Part shown: piece after piece, positions 63,846 to 64,000 of the stretch
Layout of the letters: each line of letters begins with the position of its first letter
How positions within the stretch are numbered: the stretch's first letter is position 1
Virus record (IMG/VR): IMGVR_UViG_3300009431_000003
From: a virus
Reading direction: 5' to 3' (one strand)
DNA: 64,000 bases
Made by a program: the position numbers and the translations under genes
Notes under the pieces: model-generated
What the model saw: only the letters and a program-made list of their open reading frames with translations
Told to the model about the DNA's origin: nothing
Database searches by the model: none

Positions 63846-64000
63846 TCCTAATGTTATACTCCAAGATAATTCCACGCCTTGGAGCAAAAGTCTGGAGAGT
63901 TCGCATAATGAACTCTCTAAAGCAATTATCCGCACCATGCAGGACCTTAAGAAATACGACGAAGGGACTGCAAGTGAGTACAAGGATGCTATTGTAGGTA
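63838..64000 (+). CDS. hypothetical protein, partial
   Basis: AAGGAGG RBS, open to window end. Confidence 0.6.
   Translation, partial: MSDPNVILQDNSTPWSKSLESSHNELSKAIIRTMQDLKKYDEGTASEYKDAIVG

Noticed and set aside
538-63983. Numerous 60-150 aa ORFs antisense to or nested in longer genes (e.g. 2930..3208, 39919..40362, 60029..60817, 63431..63835)
   Set aside because: They are shadow ORFs of well-supported genes, without RBS or motifs.
1-64000. CRISPR array, DGR/retron reverse transcriptase, integrase or transposase
   Set aside because: I saw no regularly spaced repeat-spacer series and no RT (YxDD), tyrosine/serine recombinase or DDE motifs in the ORF track.

Overview
This window is 64 kb of a large (jumbo-type) tailed dsDNA phage genome in standard genetic code, probably infecting an anaerobe. 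That host call is an inference from a stand-alone NrdD C-terminal peptide, radical-SAM and CxxCxxCC Fe-S proteins, and a Cys-containing PAS domain. The minus strand carries virion/late-type genes. These are a tail assembly chaperone with a G/GT-type -1 frameshift, two GroES homologues, two ATP-grasp ligases, a ~1660-aa multi-domain glycosyltransferase/methyltransferase next to two sulfotransferases, a SET-domain protein, an HExxH peptidase and an amidase endolysin cassette. The plus strand carries long runs of small accessory ORFs, including an SLT transglycosylase, DUF932, DUF5662-like, a LamG lipoprotein, an RmuC-like nuclease, a RecA-like ATPase and a DinG helicase. Several plus-strand blocks are preceded by a recurrent CATAAGAGTA motif. 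The most unusual part is an RNA island at ~55.1-57.95 kb. It contains a 23S-rRNA GTPase-centre (H43/H44) look-alike RNA, tmRNA, a tRNA-shaped RNA with a ~105-nt insert in place of the anticodon loop, and a coiled-coil protein gene followed by a circularly permuted tRNA (YrlA/Y-RNA-like) module. It also has a tRNA with an 8-nt anticodon loop, an unexplained structured spacer and tRNA-Ala(UGC). All family calls come from reading motifs by eye; no searches or folding programs were run.
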